Source of the DNA: a virus | Length of the DNA stretch: 64,000 nt | Direction: 5' to 3' (one strand) | Virus record (IMG/VR): IMGVR_UViG_3300008952_003220 | Coordinates: 70,714 to 134,713 of that record | Shown here: one piece after another, positions 50,152 to 60,338 of the stretch | Numbering within the stretch: the first letter of the stretch is position 1 | How the letters are laid out: the number at the start of each line of letters is the position of its first letter | Position numbers and translations under genes: made by a program | The notes under the pieces: model-generated | Told to the model about the DNA's origin: nothing | Databases searched by the model: none | What the model saw: only the letters and a program-made list of their open reading frames with translations

Positions 50152-52063
50152 GTGTAGCTTTGGCAGTGCAGTGGTATAATGGTAATGTCACCAACTAAGG
50201 AAGACAATATGCTTACTTACCGACTCATTCACGCACTCCTCGACGACGAGGATGGCATTTCAGGGGAGGCGTACGATGCGCTTCTCAATTGGTTGTGTTG
50301 CCACAAGGACGGCAGCCCAGAGCTTGCTGAGCGGATCACCGATGCTGCCAAGGCAGCAAACGGTCGCTGGTACATCCCTGAAGGGGCTGATCTCAGGCTC
50401 TCTGACCCCGGTCGGATGGGGGTGAAGTGATGCGAGAAAAGATTCCCACAACGTATCTCAACGCGCTAGCGCTTAAGACACGAACTGCTAACGGTCTCAA
50501 CTATGTCTTCGAGGCCTATGATCTCCAGGTCGTCGCACTTCAAGATATTCCGGGTAAGCCGCATCTTGAGCGTATCATCGTTGGTGACTGGAGCGGAGAT
50601 CGACGAGGCACCCTCGTCTATGACCATCGGGCTGGATGCCCGGTTACGTGTAGCTAAGCCTAAGCCATGGTATAATAGAGACATAAGGAGGGACAATGAG
50701 AAGTGCAGTTGCTGATTATCTATTGAACCTGAAGCCGTACGAGCTTGTCGACATCGCGGTTGACTACCTTGGGTGGGACAGTGACGATGTGACTGTGGAG
50801 GTCGCATGGCAGTGGGTGGCTGGCCTTTCTGATGTAGAGGTCGCAATTATTTATAATGAAATGGAAGGTGCATAATGCCAGACGTAGAGAAATATCTAAA
50901 CACACCCAACCTTGGCCGAGATGACGAAAACAAGCACAGCTGGAAGCTGGGTGATATTGTCCATACTGCCGGGTCTTATGTCACGGCCAACGGTTACAAC
51001 TACTGTGGCTATGAACAGTTCGACATCCCAGTCGGATCTCGTGCACGGATCATCGGCATCAAGCAGACTGATCTAAACGCGGCACACAACAATGGCATCG
51101 GCGATGTCTACATCGACTTTGAGCTTCTGGATCACTCTAATCCTGATGGGACACCTGTCACCTGTGGCAACCGTCACTCCTTCTCGATGGCTGAGGCTTG
51201 TCGTGAGTTCTCACTCTGCCCTGACGGCAGTGGAGACCCCGGATACGTTCGAGGCTCCGGCCAGCGGAATGAAGGCCTTTGGGTGAGCATAGAAGCTAAG
51301 CGCATCGAAGATCATCCGGAGCGCGGATACGCTCGGTTCCAGCATCGAAAAGTGGTTGACCCTTCTCAATACGTGTAACAGCGTTTCTGATGTGGTATAA
51401 TGGTAACACCTACTAAGGAGGCAACATGGTTTACGGAACTTCTTACTTCCCGACACGAGGAGACGCTTACAAGTACTACAGGGCACAAGGTGTCTTCTCC
51501 TTTCAGGTTGATAATAAGATCACGGACGGAGAGATCAATATTGGAAAGCCTCCTGGATATCTGGGGCACAATGCCCGAGCCATCCTGCAGAATGATCAGG
51601 GCGGGTCGAAGCGGTGGTTCATCGCAGAAGATATCCGTGCTGGATAGTGAAAATAAGGGAGACATATAATATGAGAAAACCACGGAAGGATACGATTCGA
51701 AATCTCTACCGAGATGGGATCATCCAGTACTTTGGATGCGGAGACAAGGACCTCGACCGCGATCTAATCAAGTCTACAAAGAAGGACGTCCACATCGCCG
51801 GGAAGGCTCCAGGGCAGTGGGTCAGTGATGAGGGGATCCTCGAGATCTACTGTGAGAGTGGAATCCCTAATGCATCTGACATCCACGAGATACCTCCGAT
51901 GCCAGAACTTGGGATTATGAAAGGAAGCTGTCATTACAATAGTGATAGCTGGTGTAAGCTTGATAAGTGGGTCAATCTCGGACTCAAGGCACGTGGATAT
52001 AGTGAGCGTGTCCATCACGAGCCCTACAACGGTGGTGTGATTGGAGTCTTCTGGGACTATTAA
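50152..52063 (+). other. Promoter-delimited cassettes of small hypothetical genes (50209, 50427, 50696, 50875, 51426, 51671)
   Basis: Promoters at 50152, 50648 and 51373, each followed by an AAGGA(G) RBS. Confidence 0.6.
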
Positions 52064-52120
52064 AGAATAGAAAACTGAACCCCGTGCTAGATAGTTATTC
52101 TCATAGGAGTGCTACCTAGT

Positions 52121-53584
52121 ATGCGGTTCACTAGTGTTCAACTTAGAAAGGTCATTAGACGTATTCTCACTGAGTCAATAGATGACGAAGACGGAGAGCT
52201 CGACACAAAAGAAGCAGAACAGCTTAGATATTTAACGAGAAAGGTAATTGATGATGCCACAGATTCTCCGCGCGGACACAAGCAAAAAGATAAGCGTGTT
52301 CTCTATCACATCAATCGTTTACGACCAGCTAGACCCCAACCGAAGATGACTTACTGGCAAGAGTGGGATCCTGATAAGATCGACCGCGAAGGAGATAAGG
52401 GCGATTACGTGAACGTTCCGGGATCTGATGGCTGGAAAAGACACTGGCTAGACAGCCCTGTCAAATCTGGTGTTTTTCTCACACCAAACCCTCTAGACAT
52501 TGCAATGAAGCATGGACGATCAGGTCACGTTTATGCGTACAGAGTTCCGCAGTGGGTTATAGCAAAATCTGGTGGGCTGCATCGTTATGACACTGGGTCG
52601 GAGGTTCTTATTCCTGAAGATGTGTGGAACGAAGCAGGGGAAGAGATCGAGTTCATGGGTAAGAGCATGGACAAGGAAGAGTTGTGGGACAAGATGGACA
52701 GTGCTCAGTTCGGCAGGGGCCACCACAGGAAAGCAAAGAAGCCGGCTTGGATGACTGACGAAGAATTGAAGCAGTGGCAAGTCAGTCAAGACAAATTTAA
52801 TCTTGGAGGATTAAGAGCAACCAGCTACCCTGAAAGCGCGATTCAGCTTATGAAACCCGAAGATAGAGAGAGAGCTGTCGCAGCCATTATGGCAAAGAAA
52901 GAATTCGAGGAGCCGCAGCGAATAGAAAAGGGGCCTAGAGATAAAAAGGGAATTGTGATTCCTTCCTTCGGCTGGGGCCTGGACAAGAAAGATGAGGAGC
53001 TTTTAGCTTTGCTGAAGAAGCGTATGAATGAAGAAGCCTTGCGAGTGTGCATAAGAGAGATGGTGGAAGATGGTTACGGAGAGTTCAACTCTACAGATGC
53101 GCAAGAGCTAGCAGCGCTTGTTGACAAAGCAATATCTGATGCTCAAGACATGATTCAAAGTGCAGGTGTGATAATAGTAGATAGAGATCAAGACACATCA
53201 GATCCCTATATCCTATGCCTCAGAGCATACAACAACTGGGGCTTTCCAAAGGGTAGAGCTGAGCCCGGCGAGGACAAAGAGCAGACAGCTTCTAGAGAGA
53301 CGCTAGAAGAAACTGGGCTAGAGGCTGACATAGACTGGTCCCTTACAGGTGAGCAAGCACCCTCAGTAACCTATGGCAGCGGAAAAAAGAAAAAGACAGC
53401 TTCCTATTTCATGGCAGATAGACTCAGTGAGAAACAGCCTTCTTTGCCTGTCAATCCAGAGCTTGGGCACGCTGAGCATGACGAGTGGCGGTGGGTCCCA
53501 GCATCACAGTTATATGATATCATGCCTAAAAGACTGGGGCCCGTGATTAAATACATTCAACAATCTCTCGGGTCCCAGCTGTGA
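52121..53584 (+). CDS. Leader-family fusion: ADP-ribosyltransferase-like domain plus Nudix hydrolase
   Basis: Nudix box GRAEPGEDKEQTASRETLEETGL (strong); LYH...GVFLT...HVYAY...EVLIP (weaker). Confidence 0.7.
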   Translation: MRFTSVQLRKVIRRILTESIDDEDGELDTKEAEQLRYLTRKVIDDATDSPRGHKQKDKRVLYHINRLRPARPQPKMTYWQEWDPDKIDREGDKGDYVNVPGSDGWKRHWLDSPVKSGVFLTPNPLDIAMKHGRSGHVYAYRVPQWVIAKSGGLHRYDTGSEVLIPEDVWNEAGEEIEFMGKSMDKEELWDKMDSAQFGRGHHRKAKKPAWMTDEELKQWQVSQDKFNLGGLRATSYPESAIQLMKPEDRERAVAAIMAKKEFEEPQRIEKGPRDKKGIVIPSFGWGLDKKDEELLALLKKRMNEEALRVCIREMVEDGYGEFNSTDAQELAALVDKAISDAQDMIQSAGVIIVDRDQDTSDPYILCLRAYNNWGFPKGRAEPGEDKEQTASRETLEETGLEADIDWSLTGEQAPSVTYGSGKKKKTASYFMADRLSEKQPSLPVNPELGHAEHDEWRWVPASQLYDIMPKRLGPVIKYIQQSLGSQL

Positions 53585-54633
53585 TTATCACAGAGATGAT
53601 GTTGCGAAGTCTTGTTAGAGAGTCTCTGATTCTTGAGGGCCCAAGAGATCAGGTAATATTCAAGGCCATCTTCATGGCAGGCTGTCCTGGTGCCGGTAAG
53701 GGGACAGTGATTGAGGCTATCTTTGGAAGAGGCACCGGAACAACACATCAAGGTCTAAGGATCGTGAATCCAGATCAGCTTTATGAATATCTACTTTCAG
53801 CGGCGGACATGCCTCTTTCCGCTCCGGACCTTCCCAAGGATGATCCTTCACTTTCTGCATATAGATCAGCAGCAGGAAAGTTGCAACATCGTGCAGGAAT
53901 GAAGATGACCGGAGGTTCTAAGGGCGTAGCTCCTGGTCATGTCGGGCTAGATGTTACTTCTTATGGGTACAAACCCGGGAAGACTTCTCGAGGACCATCA
54001 CAGATTGAGACATATATTCAAGGTAGAAAAGGCTTAATCATCGACGGAACTGCTCGCAATTACGAAAAGATAGAAAGAGAAAAACAGATACTTGAAGAGC
54101 TGGGATATGACGTAATGATGGTAGCAGTTGTAACTCCAGAGCCTGTTGCTCAGGAGAGAAATGCCAAAAGAGCGCTTGATCCTAAGAAGCGATCTATTTA
54201 TCCAGGTGCTGTTAGGGGAGCCTGCAACGCACTTAACTTGAATTTAGGAAAAGAATGGGAGAGAGATCCAGCCCAGCCCGATGGTCTAAAAAGAGACAGC
54301 CAGGGAAACTTTATCGTAGTGCAGGGTACCAACAGATACAGGGATCTGTTTGGTGATAACTACATAGAGATTGATAATACTAAGCCCGAAGAGGAGGCAG
54401 TTACCGATGATGATGTGAGCGTGATAGAGGGCTTCATCTCATCTCCCCTATCAGCAACTGCGCAGCAGTGGGTCTCTAACGCCCTAGGCTCGTCTCCCGT
54501 TTCAGGGGAAGAACCAGAAGAGCTTACATCTGATGATGCAGATCAGCTCTCAGCCCTGGTCGACAAGGCAGTTGGTGATGCACTAGGTGATGAAGAAGAT
54601 GATGACACTTTAGGTGACGAGGAATATGTATAG
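53581..54633 (+). CDS. Leader-family zeta-toxin-like P-loop kinase
   Basis: KAIFMAGCPGAGKGT, VNPD, GLIIDGT, LGYDVMMVAV...ERNAKR. Confidence 0.75.
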   Translation: MIITEMMLRSLVRESLILEGPRDQVIFKAIFMAGCPGAGKGTVIEAIFGRGTGTTHQGLRIVNPDQLYEYLLSAADMPLSAPDLPKDDPSLSAYRSAAGKLQHRAGMKMTGGSKGVAPGHVGLDVTSYGYKPGKTSRGPSQIETYIQGRKGLIIDGTARNYEKIEREKQILEELGYDVMMVAVVTPEPVAQERNAKRALDPKKRSIYPGAVRGACNALNLNLGKEWERDPAQPDGLKRDSQGNFIVVQGTNRYRDLFGDNYIEIDNTKPEEEAVTDDDVSVIEGFISSPLSATAQQWVSNALGSSPVSGEEPEELTSDDADQLSALVDKAVGDALGDEEDDDTLGDEEYV

Positions 54634-54662
54634 ATGACAATTATGATTTACTGGGATTTAAG

Positions 54663-55436
54663 ATGAAGATAACTAAAAGACAGCTAAGAAGACTAATCAA
54701 AGAAGAGCTAAGCAGAGCTCTCTTAGAGCAGGCAGAAGAAGAAGCTGGGACTGACTGGAGCGGCTGGCAGGACCCAGTCGAACCAGGTCCAGCGCCTTGG
54801 CGTGCCGGAGATCCTGAAGAAGCGAGAGAGATGATTGATGCATTTTCTGAGTCTGAGTTTCAGGCAGCTGAGTCAGCCGGACAGCAAGACCCAGATGTGG
54901 TCTACAACATTGTTCAGGGTAACACAGACCTAGAGAGAGCTGTTCAAGGATTCTCTACGGGGAATCCGGTTCTCCAGGATAGTACGTCTTTACCTGGTAG
55001 ATATGCCAGAGCTTTTCTCGTCATGACTCCTGATGAGGTGATTGGCCTTGCTCGAATTATAAAGCGTCGTGCTAGAAGAAAAGATGCCGTCGTTTCACCT
55101 GTCCCGTGGGAGGACGAAGCAGCGCCCGAAGCGGACGAAGCAGCGCCCGAAGCGAAGGTCGACGGACAGACTGAGCTAGCTCAGGACTTCGATGGGTTTA
55201 ATCTTTCACATTCAACACCTCACTTTCCAATTGACATAATCGACTTTGGTGATCTTTACTACTATCGACCCCCTGATAGGGCTCAGTTTGCTGATGAACT
55301 AATCAGCCTTATGAGAAGAGTTAAAGGTTTCATCAGCAGCAGAGCTCGAGCTGACAGACAGGAAGAAAGAAGAATGTCCAGGTTTGGTCGACAATATGAT
55401 CGCAGATTGGATCGGGCTTCGGAGCCTGACAGCTAG
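54663..55436 (+). CDS. Leader-family protein
   Basis: MKITKRQLRRLIKEELSRALLE. Confidence 0.75.
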   Translation: MKITKRQLRRLIKEELSRALLEQAEEEAGTDWSGWQDPVEPGPAPWRAGDPEEAREMIDAFSESEFQAAESAGQQDPDVVYNIVQGNTDLERAVQGFSTGNPVLQDSTSLPGRYARAFLVMTPDEVIGLARIIKRRARRKDAVVSPVPWEDEAAPEADEAAPEAKVDGQTELAQDFDGFNLSHSTPHFPIDIIDFGDLYYYRPPDRAQFADELISLMRRVKGFISSRARADRQEERRMSRFGRQYDRRLDRASEPDS

Positions 55437-55454
55437 ACAGCTAGGGAGAGGATC

Positions 55455-56156
55455 ATGCAGATCACACGTAGGCATCTAAGAAGACTGATTAGAGAAGTTG
55501 TTCTTGCTGAGAAGGGAAGCTCTGCTCCCGACGATGTTGAACCTGGCGGCGTTACTACCACCACCCAGAAATCTTCAGATACTGTTCAAGCTCGGACCTC
55601 AGCCCTGGGATCACCCATATCTACACTTGATGTGGAGGAGTCAAGGGTTTCTCTGGAAGGACTTCTCACGCCTTCCGAGTACATCGACCAGGTTAATTCC
55701 CAGGAAAGAGCTGGAAATAGAAGAGGCTGGCCTGAATGCTGTACTTCAACTTTAAAGCTGTATGTCGCAGGAAGTGATCGAGGTCTCATAACAAGTGAAA
55801 TAGGTCTAGGCCTTCTAAACATAATCGCGAGCAGTCTTCGCTCTGAGCTGTATACGTTTCAAGGGATTGAACATCTTGAAATTGATCCCACTGGGGAAGA
55901 AGCAGTCAGTGTTGTATATCAAGATCCTGAAACTGTTAGCTTCATACTTAGTGACCCAGCAAACTTTAATCGTCAAAAGTCTAAGATTAGATCACTTCTT
56001 CCGGATCTTGAAGAGCAGATCATCGACTTCTTAGAGCATTCAGCAGGTGCATATCGAAGAGTTAGCTCTCCTGGGCGACTAAGACGTCATCGATTGGATC
56101 TCAAGCTTGTTGTTACGATTGACCACCAAGCAGACGCTTACGGAGATGACTTTTGA
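55455..56156 (+). CDS. Leader-family protein
   Basis: MQITRRHLRRLIREVVLAE. Confidence 0.72.
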   Translation: MQITRRHLRRLIREVVLAEKGSSAPDDVEPGGVTTTTQKSSDTVQARTSALGSPISTLDVEESRVSLEGLLTPSEYIDQVNSQERAGNRRGWPECCTSTLKLYVAGSDRGLITSEIGLGLLNIIASSLRSELYTFQGIEHLEIDPTGEEAVSVVYQDPETVSFILSDPANFNRQKSKIRSLLPDLEEQIIDFLEHSAGAYRRVSSPGRLRRHRLDLKLVVTIDHQADAYGDDF

Positions 56157-56157
56157 A

Positions 56158-56919
56158 ATGAAAATCACACGTAGAAAGCTAGGACAGATAATTAGGAAGA
56201 CACTCCTTGAGGCACCTAGATCATCGATGCCTACTGCTCCCGGTGCAAGAGACAGAGAGGTCATGCTCGGCTATCCAGGAGAGATATTTGACTGGAATAG
56301 TTGCATAAATAAGATATACTTCGAGCCCTGGTTTGATGAGCCAGAATGGTCAGAGGAGTCTCATCTTAGTGGTGTAAAGCCTTCAGATCTTGTGGTGCAT
56401 GCAGGAGACGGTAGCTCTGCTAGCTTGGATGGAGATGGATTAGCTGATCAGAGTGTCTTCGTCGCCGGGTCTGGGTATGCTCCGGAGCCTCGCTGCTGGA
56501 TTAAAAGAAGCGGTGACAAGATTACAATGGGATGGTCATATATTCCAGAGTACAGCTACAGAGAGTTCAAGAGTGACTTTCTGCCATCAGGGGAATCCAC
56601 CGTCGATAGTGAGTTTGACAAGTATCCTGTGCTGAATAGATGGTCTGTCGTTCTCACTGTTGCCTCTGATGCCGATGGAGAGTACATTCTTGATTATATC
56701 CAGTACGTAGGTGATCAGGGTTCTAGTCACTGGGAAGGATCACTATGGCAGGACGATGACTGTGAAGATGACTGTTGCTTGAGCACAATTTGTGATGACG
56801 TGCGCTGGGGCAGCGGATACACAAAATACAGCGGTTGCGAAGCTTGTGCTGAAGAAGCAGATGACTGCCCAGGTGAGCTGCCGGACGGTATGATAGACCG
56901 AGAAATTCTGAGAAGATAG
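56158..56919 (+). CDS. Leader-family protein with Cys-rich C-terminus
   Basis: MKITRRKLGQIIRKTLLE; CEDDCC..C...CEAC...C. Confidence 0.72.
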   Translation: MKITRRKLGQIIRKTLLEAPRSSMPTAPGARDREVMLGYPGEIFDWNSCINKIYFEPWFDEPEWSEESHLSGVKPSDLVVHAGDGSSASLDGDGLADQSVFVAGSGYAPEPRCWIKRSGDKITMGWSYIPEYSYREFKSDFLPSGESTVDSEFDKYPVLNRWSVVLTVASDADGEYILDYIQYVGDQGSSHWEGSLWQDDDCEDDCCLSTICDDVRWGSGYTKYSGCEACAEEADDCPGELPDGMIDREILRR

Positions 56920-56929
56920 GCGGCAATAA

Positions 56930-57565
56930 ATGAAGATATCAAAGATCCAGCTAAGGCAGATCATCAAGGAAGAGCTCGTTCGTAAGCTCGATGAATCATC
57001 ATCAGCAGCCGATATTCTAGCTCAGATTGACGCCGATCGAGCTGCTGCCAAGGAGGCCTCTGGAGGACTGGAGCTTTACGGAAACTGTGGAATGATGGCA
57101 ATAGCTGTTGTCAGGGAAGCAGAGAGAAGAGGCGCTCAGGATGCACGCATTGTCATGGTTCATGATGCGCATGACGTCGGCGAGGACGTCCTAATCGGAG
57201 AGTATGATATCGGACATGTTGTTGCTCTCATTAACGGTCGATACTTCGATGACAGGGGCGAGATATCTGAGGATCAGATTACAGTTATTGATGGAGAAGA
57301 TCTTCTTGATCCACGCATGTCTGAGGTCTTTACAGTTGAAACATTCACTCTAGAGCCAGCCATCGAGGGAGAGCAGACACCCCTCGAAAGTGCCATTGAG
57401 CGTAATACAGCATTTGATAGATGCCCATCAGACTTTAGAGAGAGAGCTAGCTCGATAGTGGATCAAGCGATGGGTGCAGCTGAGCTCACACCCGGGGAAG
57501 CAGAAGAGCTTGAGTCATTAGTGGCTGATGCTGTTGCCGATGCACTTGACATAGACATTGGCTAG
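56930..57565 (+). CDS. Leader-family protein, possible papain/transglutaminase-like fold
   Basis: GNCGMMAIAV...GHVVALINGRYFDDRG (C/H/D order). Confidence 0.6.
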   Translation: MKISKIQLRQIIKEELVRKLDESSSAADILAQIDADRAAAKEASGGLELYGNCGMMAIAVVREAERRGAQDARIVMVHDAHDVGEDVLIGEYDIGHVVALINGRYFDDRGEISEDQITVIDGEDLLDPRMSEVFTVETFTLEPAIEGEQTPLESAIERNTAFDRCPSDFRERASSIVDQAMGAAELTPGEAEELESLVADAVADALDIDIG

Positions 57566-57612
57566 TCTATCAAATAGTTATATAAGAGCTTTATATAAGA
57601 GCTGAGGAAGAA

Positions 57613-58308
57613 ATGAAGATCACACGCAGAAAACTAAGAAGGCTTATTCAAGAAGTCCTCACTGAATCGACGTCAGAAGAAGACATGGTGTCATTTGTCG
57701 TGAAGCGTTTCATTGGCCCCGGTGAACATAGCATGCCCATGGTCAATTTTGATAACGCATTTGAGGACTTTGAGGTTCGATTCGGGCTTCAGTATCCAGA
57801 CAGCTTGTTTAAGATTCACGACATTTTGCTGGAAGAGGAAGCTGATGGTATGGCTGACAAGCTGGTCCAGGAATATCCGCTTGACTTTAAAGCAAGAGAT
57901 GAGCTCGAGTCTGGAGACGGTGAGCTCAGTGAGCCAGAAGCTCGAGAGCTTAAAGCGCTCGTAGGTGACGCAATCGCGGATGCAATTGATGATTCAGCAT
58001 CAGATCTTCGTGACATAGTCCATGCAAGGCTTGGCCAGATCTATGAGGAGGATGTCTCCAGGGATGAACTCAATGGCTGGCTAGAAAGACAGAATAACAT
58101 AAAAGACGAAGAGGATCCTGAGTGGACACTTGTTGAGCCCGGAAAGTCATATTCTGGCTGGTGGGGAACTGATACTCTCGACGACTCGAGCTGGTATGTG
58201 GATGGTCCAGAAGATGCGGTCGTGGTAGCAGAAGGCGTGAGTGAGGGAACAGCTACTTCTGAGATGCCTCAAGCGTGGCGGCAGATACTTGGTAACATAC
58301 TGGATTAA
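57613..58308 (+). CDS. Leader-family protein with GDGELS module
   Basis: MKITRRKLRRLIQEVLTE; GDGELSEPEARELKALVGDA. Confidence 0.75.
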   Translation: MKITRRKLRRLIQEVLTESTSEEDMVSFVVKRFIGPGEHSMPMVNFDNAFEDFEVRFGLQYPDSLFKIHDILLEEEADGMADKLVQEYPLDFKARDELESGDGELSEPEARELKALVGDAIADAIDDSASDLRDIVHARLGQIYEEDVSRDELNGWLERQNNIKDEEDPEWTLVEPGKSYSGWWGTDTLDDSSWYVDGPEDAVVVAEGVSEGTATSEMPQAWRQILGNILD

Positions 58309-58373
58309 GATATAAAAACACAGAGATAAAGAATAGTTATATAGTAAGATTCTTATACAGGAGAACAGTGACT

Positions 58374-58733
58374 ATGCGAATAACAAGAAGGGATCTAAGA
58401 AGAATCATACTTGAGGAGAAGCAGAGGCTGATTCTTGAGTCTGACGAGAAAAGACAGTCAGAGATGCGCCAGTTCGCAGAGAGCAGAGGCGGAGCCAGGG
58501 TCAGAAGCGAGGGCAAAAAGATCAAGGAATCATCCGAGGCGATTCAGCGGCTTGCAGCAGAGCAGACAGGAGACATGAGAGAGACTCTCTATAGGATGTC
58601 TGAGTTTGTTAGGAAGGTCGGTGAGTCCTACGGAAGCATCGGTCTGCTAGACGAGGGTGATTCAGTAGGAGACACCCTGCCATCACTCAAAGAGCTGAAA
58701 GCCTTAGCAAAGTCAATGAAGAGACTTGAATAG
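58374..58733 (+). CDS. Leader-family protein
   Basis: MRITRRDLRRIILEEKQRLILE. Confidence 0.72.
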   Translation: MRITRRDLRRIILEEKQRLILESDEKRQSEMRQFAESRGGARVRSEGKKIKESSEAIQRLAAEQTGDMRETLYRMSEFVRKVGESYGSIGLLDEGDSVGDTLPSLKELKALAKSMKRLE

Positions 58734-58741
58734 AAGATAAC

Positions 58742-59863
58742 ATGAAGATCACACCCAGGCACCTAAGAAGACTTATCAAGGAAGAGCTTTCAAGAGCTCT
58801 AACTGAAGGCCGAATTCCAGACTTGGGCCCGTTTGACTCAGAGGAAGAGGCTGAGGATTCTTTGGAGAGGCGGATCAGGACGCCCATGAGTGCGCTAAGC
58901 GGACAGGGCTTGAGCAAAGATGATTTCAGGTACGAAAAAAGAGAAGACGGCTTCTATGTAGTTCATGACGACGAAGGCAGTGTTGGAGACGGCAAGCTAA
59001 GTGACTCCGAAGCCAGAGACTTAGAAGGCCTTGTCGGTGACGCAACAGCAGATGCACTTAGTGATGGTGGAGATGAGTCAAGCTCTTCAGGCCTAGAAAA
59101 GAAAGCTGACTTCTTTGCTAAGAATATTGGAAAGCAAGTAAGAGGCTCCGGCTCTCCTGGTGGCACTATTGAAGGTCCTCCGCTAATGGGTTCAGACGGT
59201 CGATACAGTGTTCCAATTAGTAGCCTCTATGGGGAGCCAGATTACGTCTCAATTGAAAATCTAGAAATTATAAATCCCCAGCATTCTGGAGAAACCATGA
59301 GAGAACATGTAATGAAGATCACACGTAGACAATTAAGAAGACTCATAAAGGAAGAGCTATCAGCTGTACTGGAAGTTACAGATGCATACGATCGGCCTGC
59401 AGGCGGGGAGTCTTCTAAAGAAGAATTGCAAACAGGTTGCTTGAAAAGAGGTGGGACCTGGAAAAATCCTGGCACTCCTGGCTATGATGTGTACAGAGGT
59501 AAGAAAGGCTATTGCATTGAAGGTGAGGTTGGAGACGGTGAGCTAAGTAAGCCAGAATCCGAAAAGCTTCTTGCTCTTGTCGGTGACGCAACAGCAGATG
59601 CTCTTAGTGACAGCGGAGATGAGTCCAAGTTGATAGATCACTGGGACCCAGAGGGACAGGAGATTCTAGATGAGCTGGAGATTAGTGTCTCTCAAAAGTC
59701 GATGGATCAAGTCAGCGCACGCCTGAAAGAGCTCTGGCCAAAGCTAAGCAGCGACTTTCAGGCTGAAATCATTCGCATGTACGCAAGTGAATATCCTGTG
59801 CTAACAGATCTATTTAAACAATCACGCTCAGAATTCTTACAAGGTCATGGAATCTGGGGTTAG
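58742..59863 (+). CDS. Protein with two leaders and two GDGELS modules
   Basis: Second MKITRRQLRRLIKEEL in frame at 59312. Confidence 0.75.
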   Translation: MKITPRHLRRLIKEELSRALTEGRIPDLGPFDSEEEAEDSLERRIRTPMSALSGQGLSKDDFRYEKREDGFYVVHDDEGSVGDGKLSDSEARDLEGLVGDATADALSDGGDESSSSGLEKKADFFAKNIGKQVRGSGSPGGTIEGPPLMGSDGRYSVPISSLYGEPDYVSIENLEIINPQHSGETMREHVMKITRRQLRRLIKEELSAVLEVTDAYDRPAGGESSKEELQTGCLKRGGTWKNPGTPGYDVYRGKKGYCIEGEVGDGELSKPESEKLLALVGDATADALSDSGDESKLIDHWDPEGQEILDELEISVSQKSMDQVSARLKELWPKLSSDFQAEIIRMYASEYPVLTDLFKQSRSEFLQGHGIWG

Positions 59864-59888
59864 CCTATAAAGACACAGAGAGAAAAAG

Positions 59889-60314
59889 ATGAAGATAACA
59901 CGTAGACAACTAAGAAAAATTATTAAGGAAGAGCTTCAAGTCCTGCTAGAGGTTCACCCTGGTCACGGAGACGCGGATGGCGACGACATCAAAGACTTTG
60001 CTGACGCTGATCCATACGGAGGCGGGACTGTAGACCTTGACGATCCAGGCATGGGTGTCCATGAATTTGAAGAGGAGATGTCAGCAGATCCATTTGATGA
60101 TCCTGACATAGACCCAGGAATGATAGGAAGACCTAGAGAATCTGATCCCATGCCCAGACGTCACGGTGATATTTCTCACGGCTACGAGTCGAGATGGGAA
60201 CCAAAGAAGCATGCTGAGTGGGAAGCTGAGAGAGCATCGATTAGCCCACCGGGTTCAACGTACCGGATACCTGGTCACCTAAGAAAGCCAGGCAAGAAGC
60301 TTAGACGTAGATAG
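59889..60314 (+). CDS. Leader-family protein
   Basis: MKITRRQLRKIIKEELQVLLE. Confidence 0.72.
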   Translation: MKITRRQLRKIIKEELQVLLEVHPGHGDADGDDIKDFADADPYGGGTVDLDDPGMGVHEFEEEMSADPFDDPDIDPGMIGRPRESDPMPRRHGDISHGYESRWEPKKHAEWEAERASISPPGSTYRIPGHLRKPGKKLRRR

Positions 60315-60338
60315 CCTATAAAAGAACAAAGACAACAA

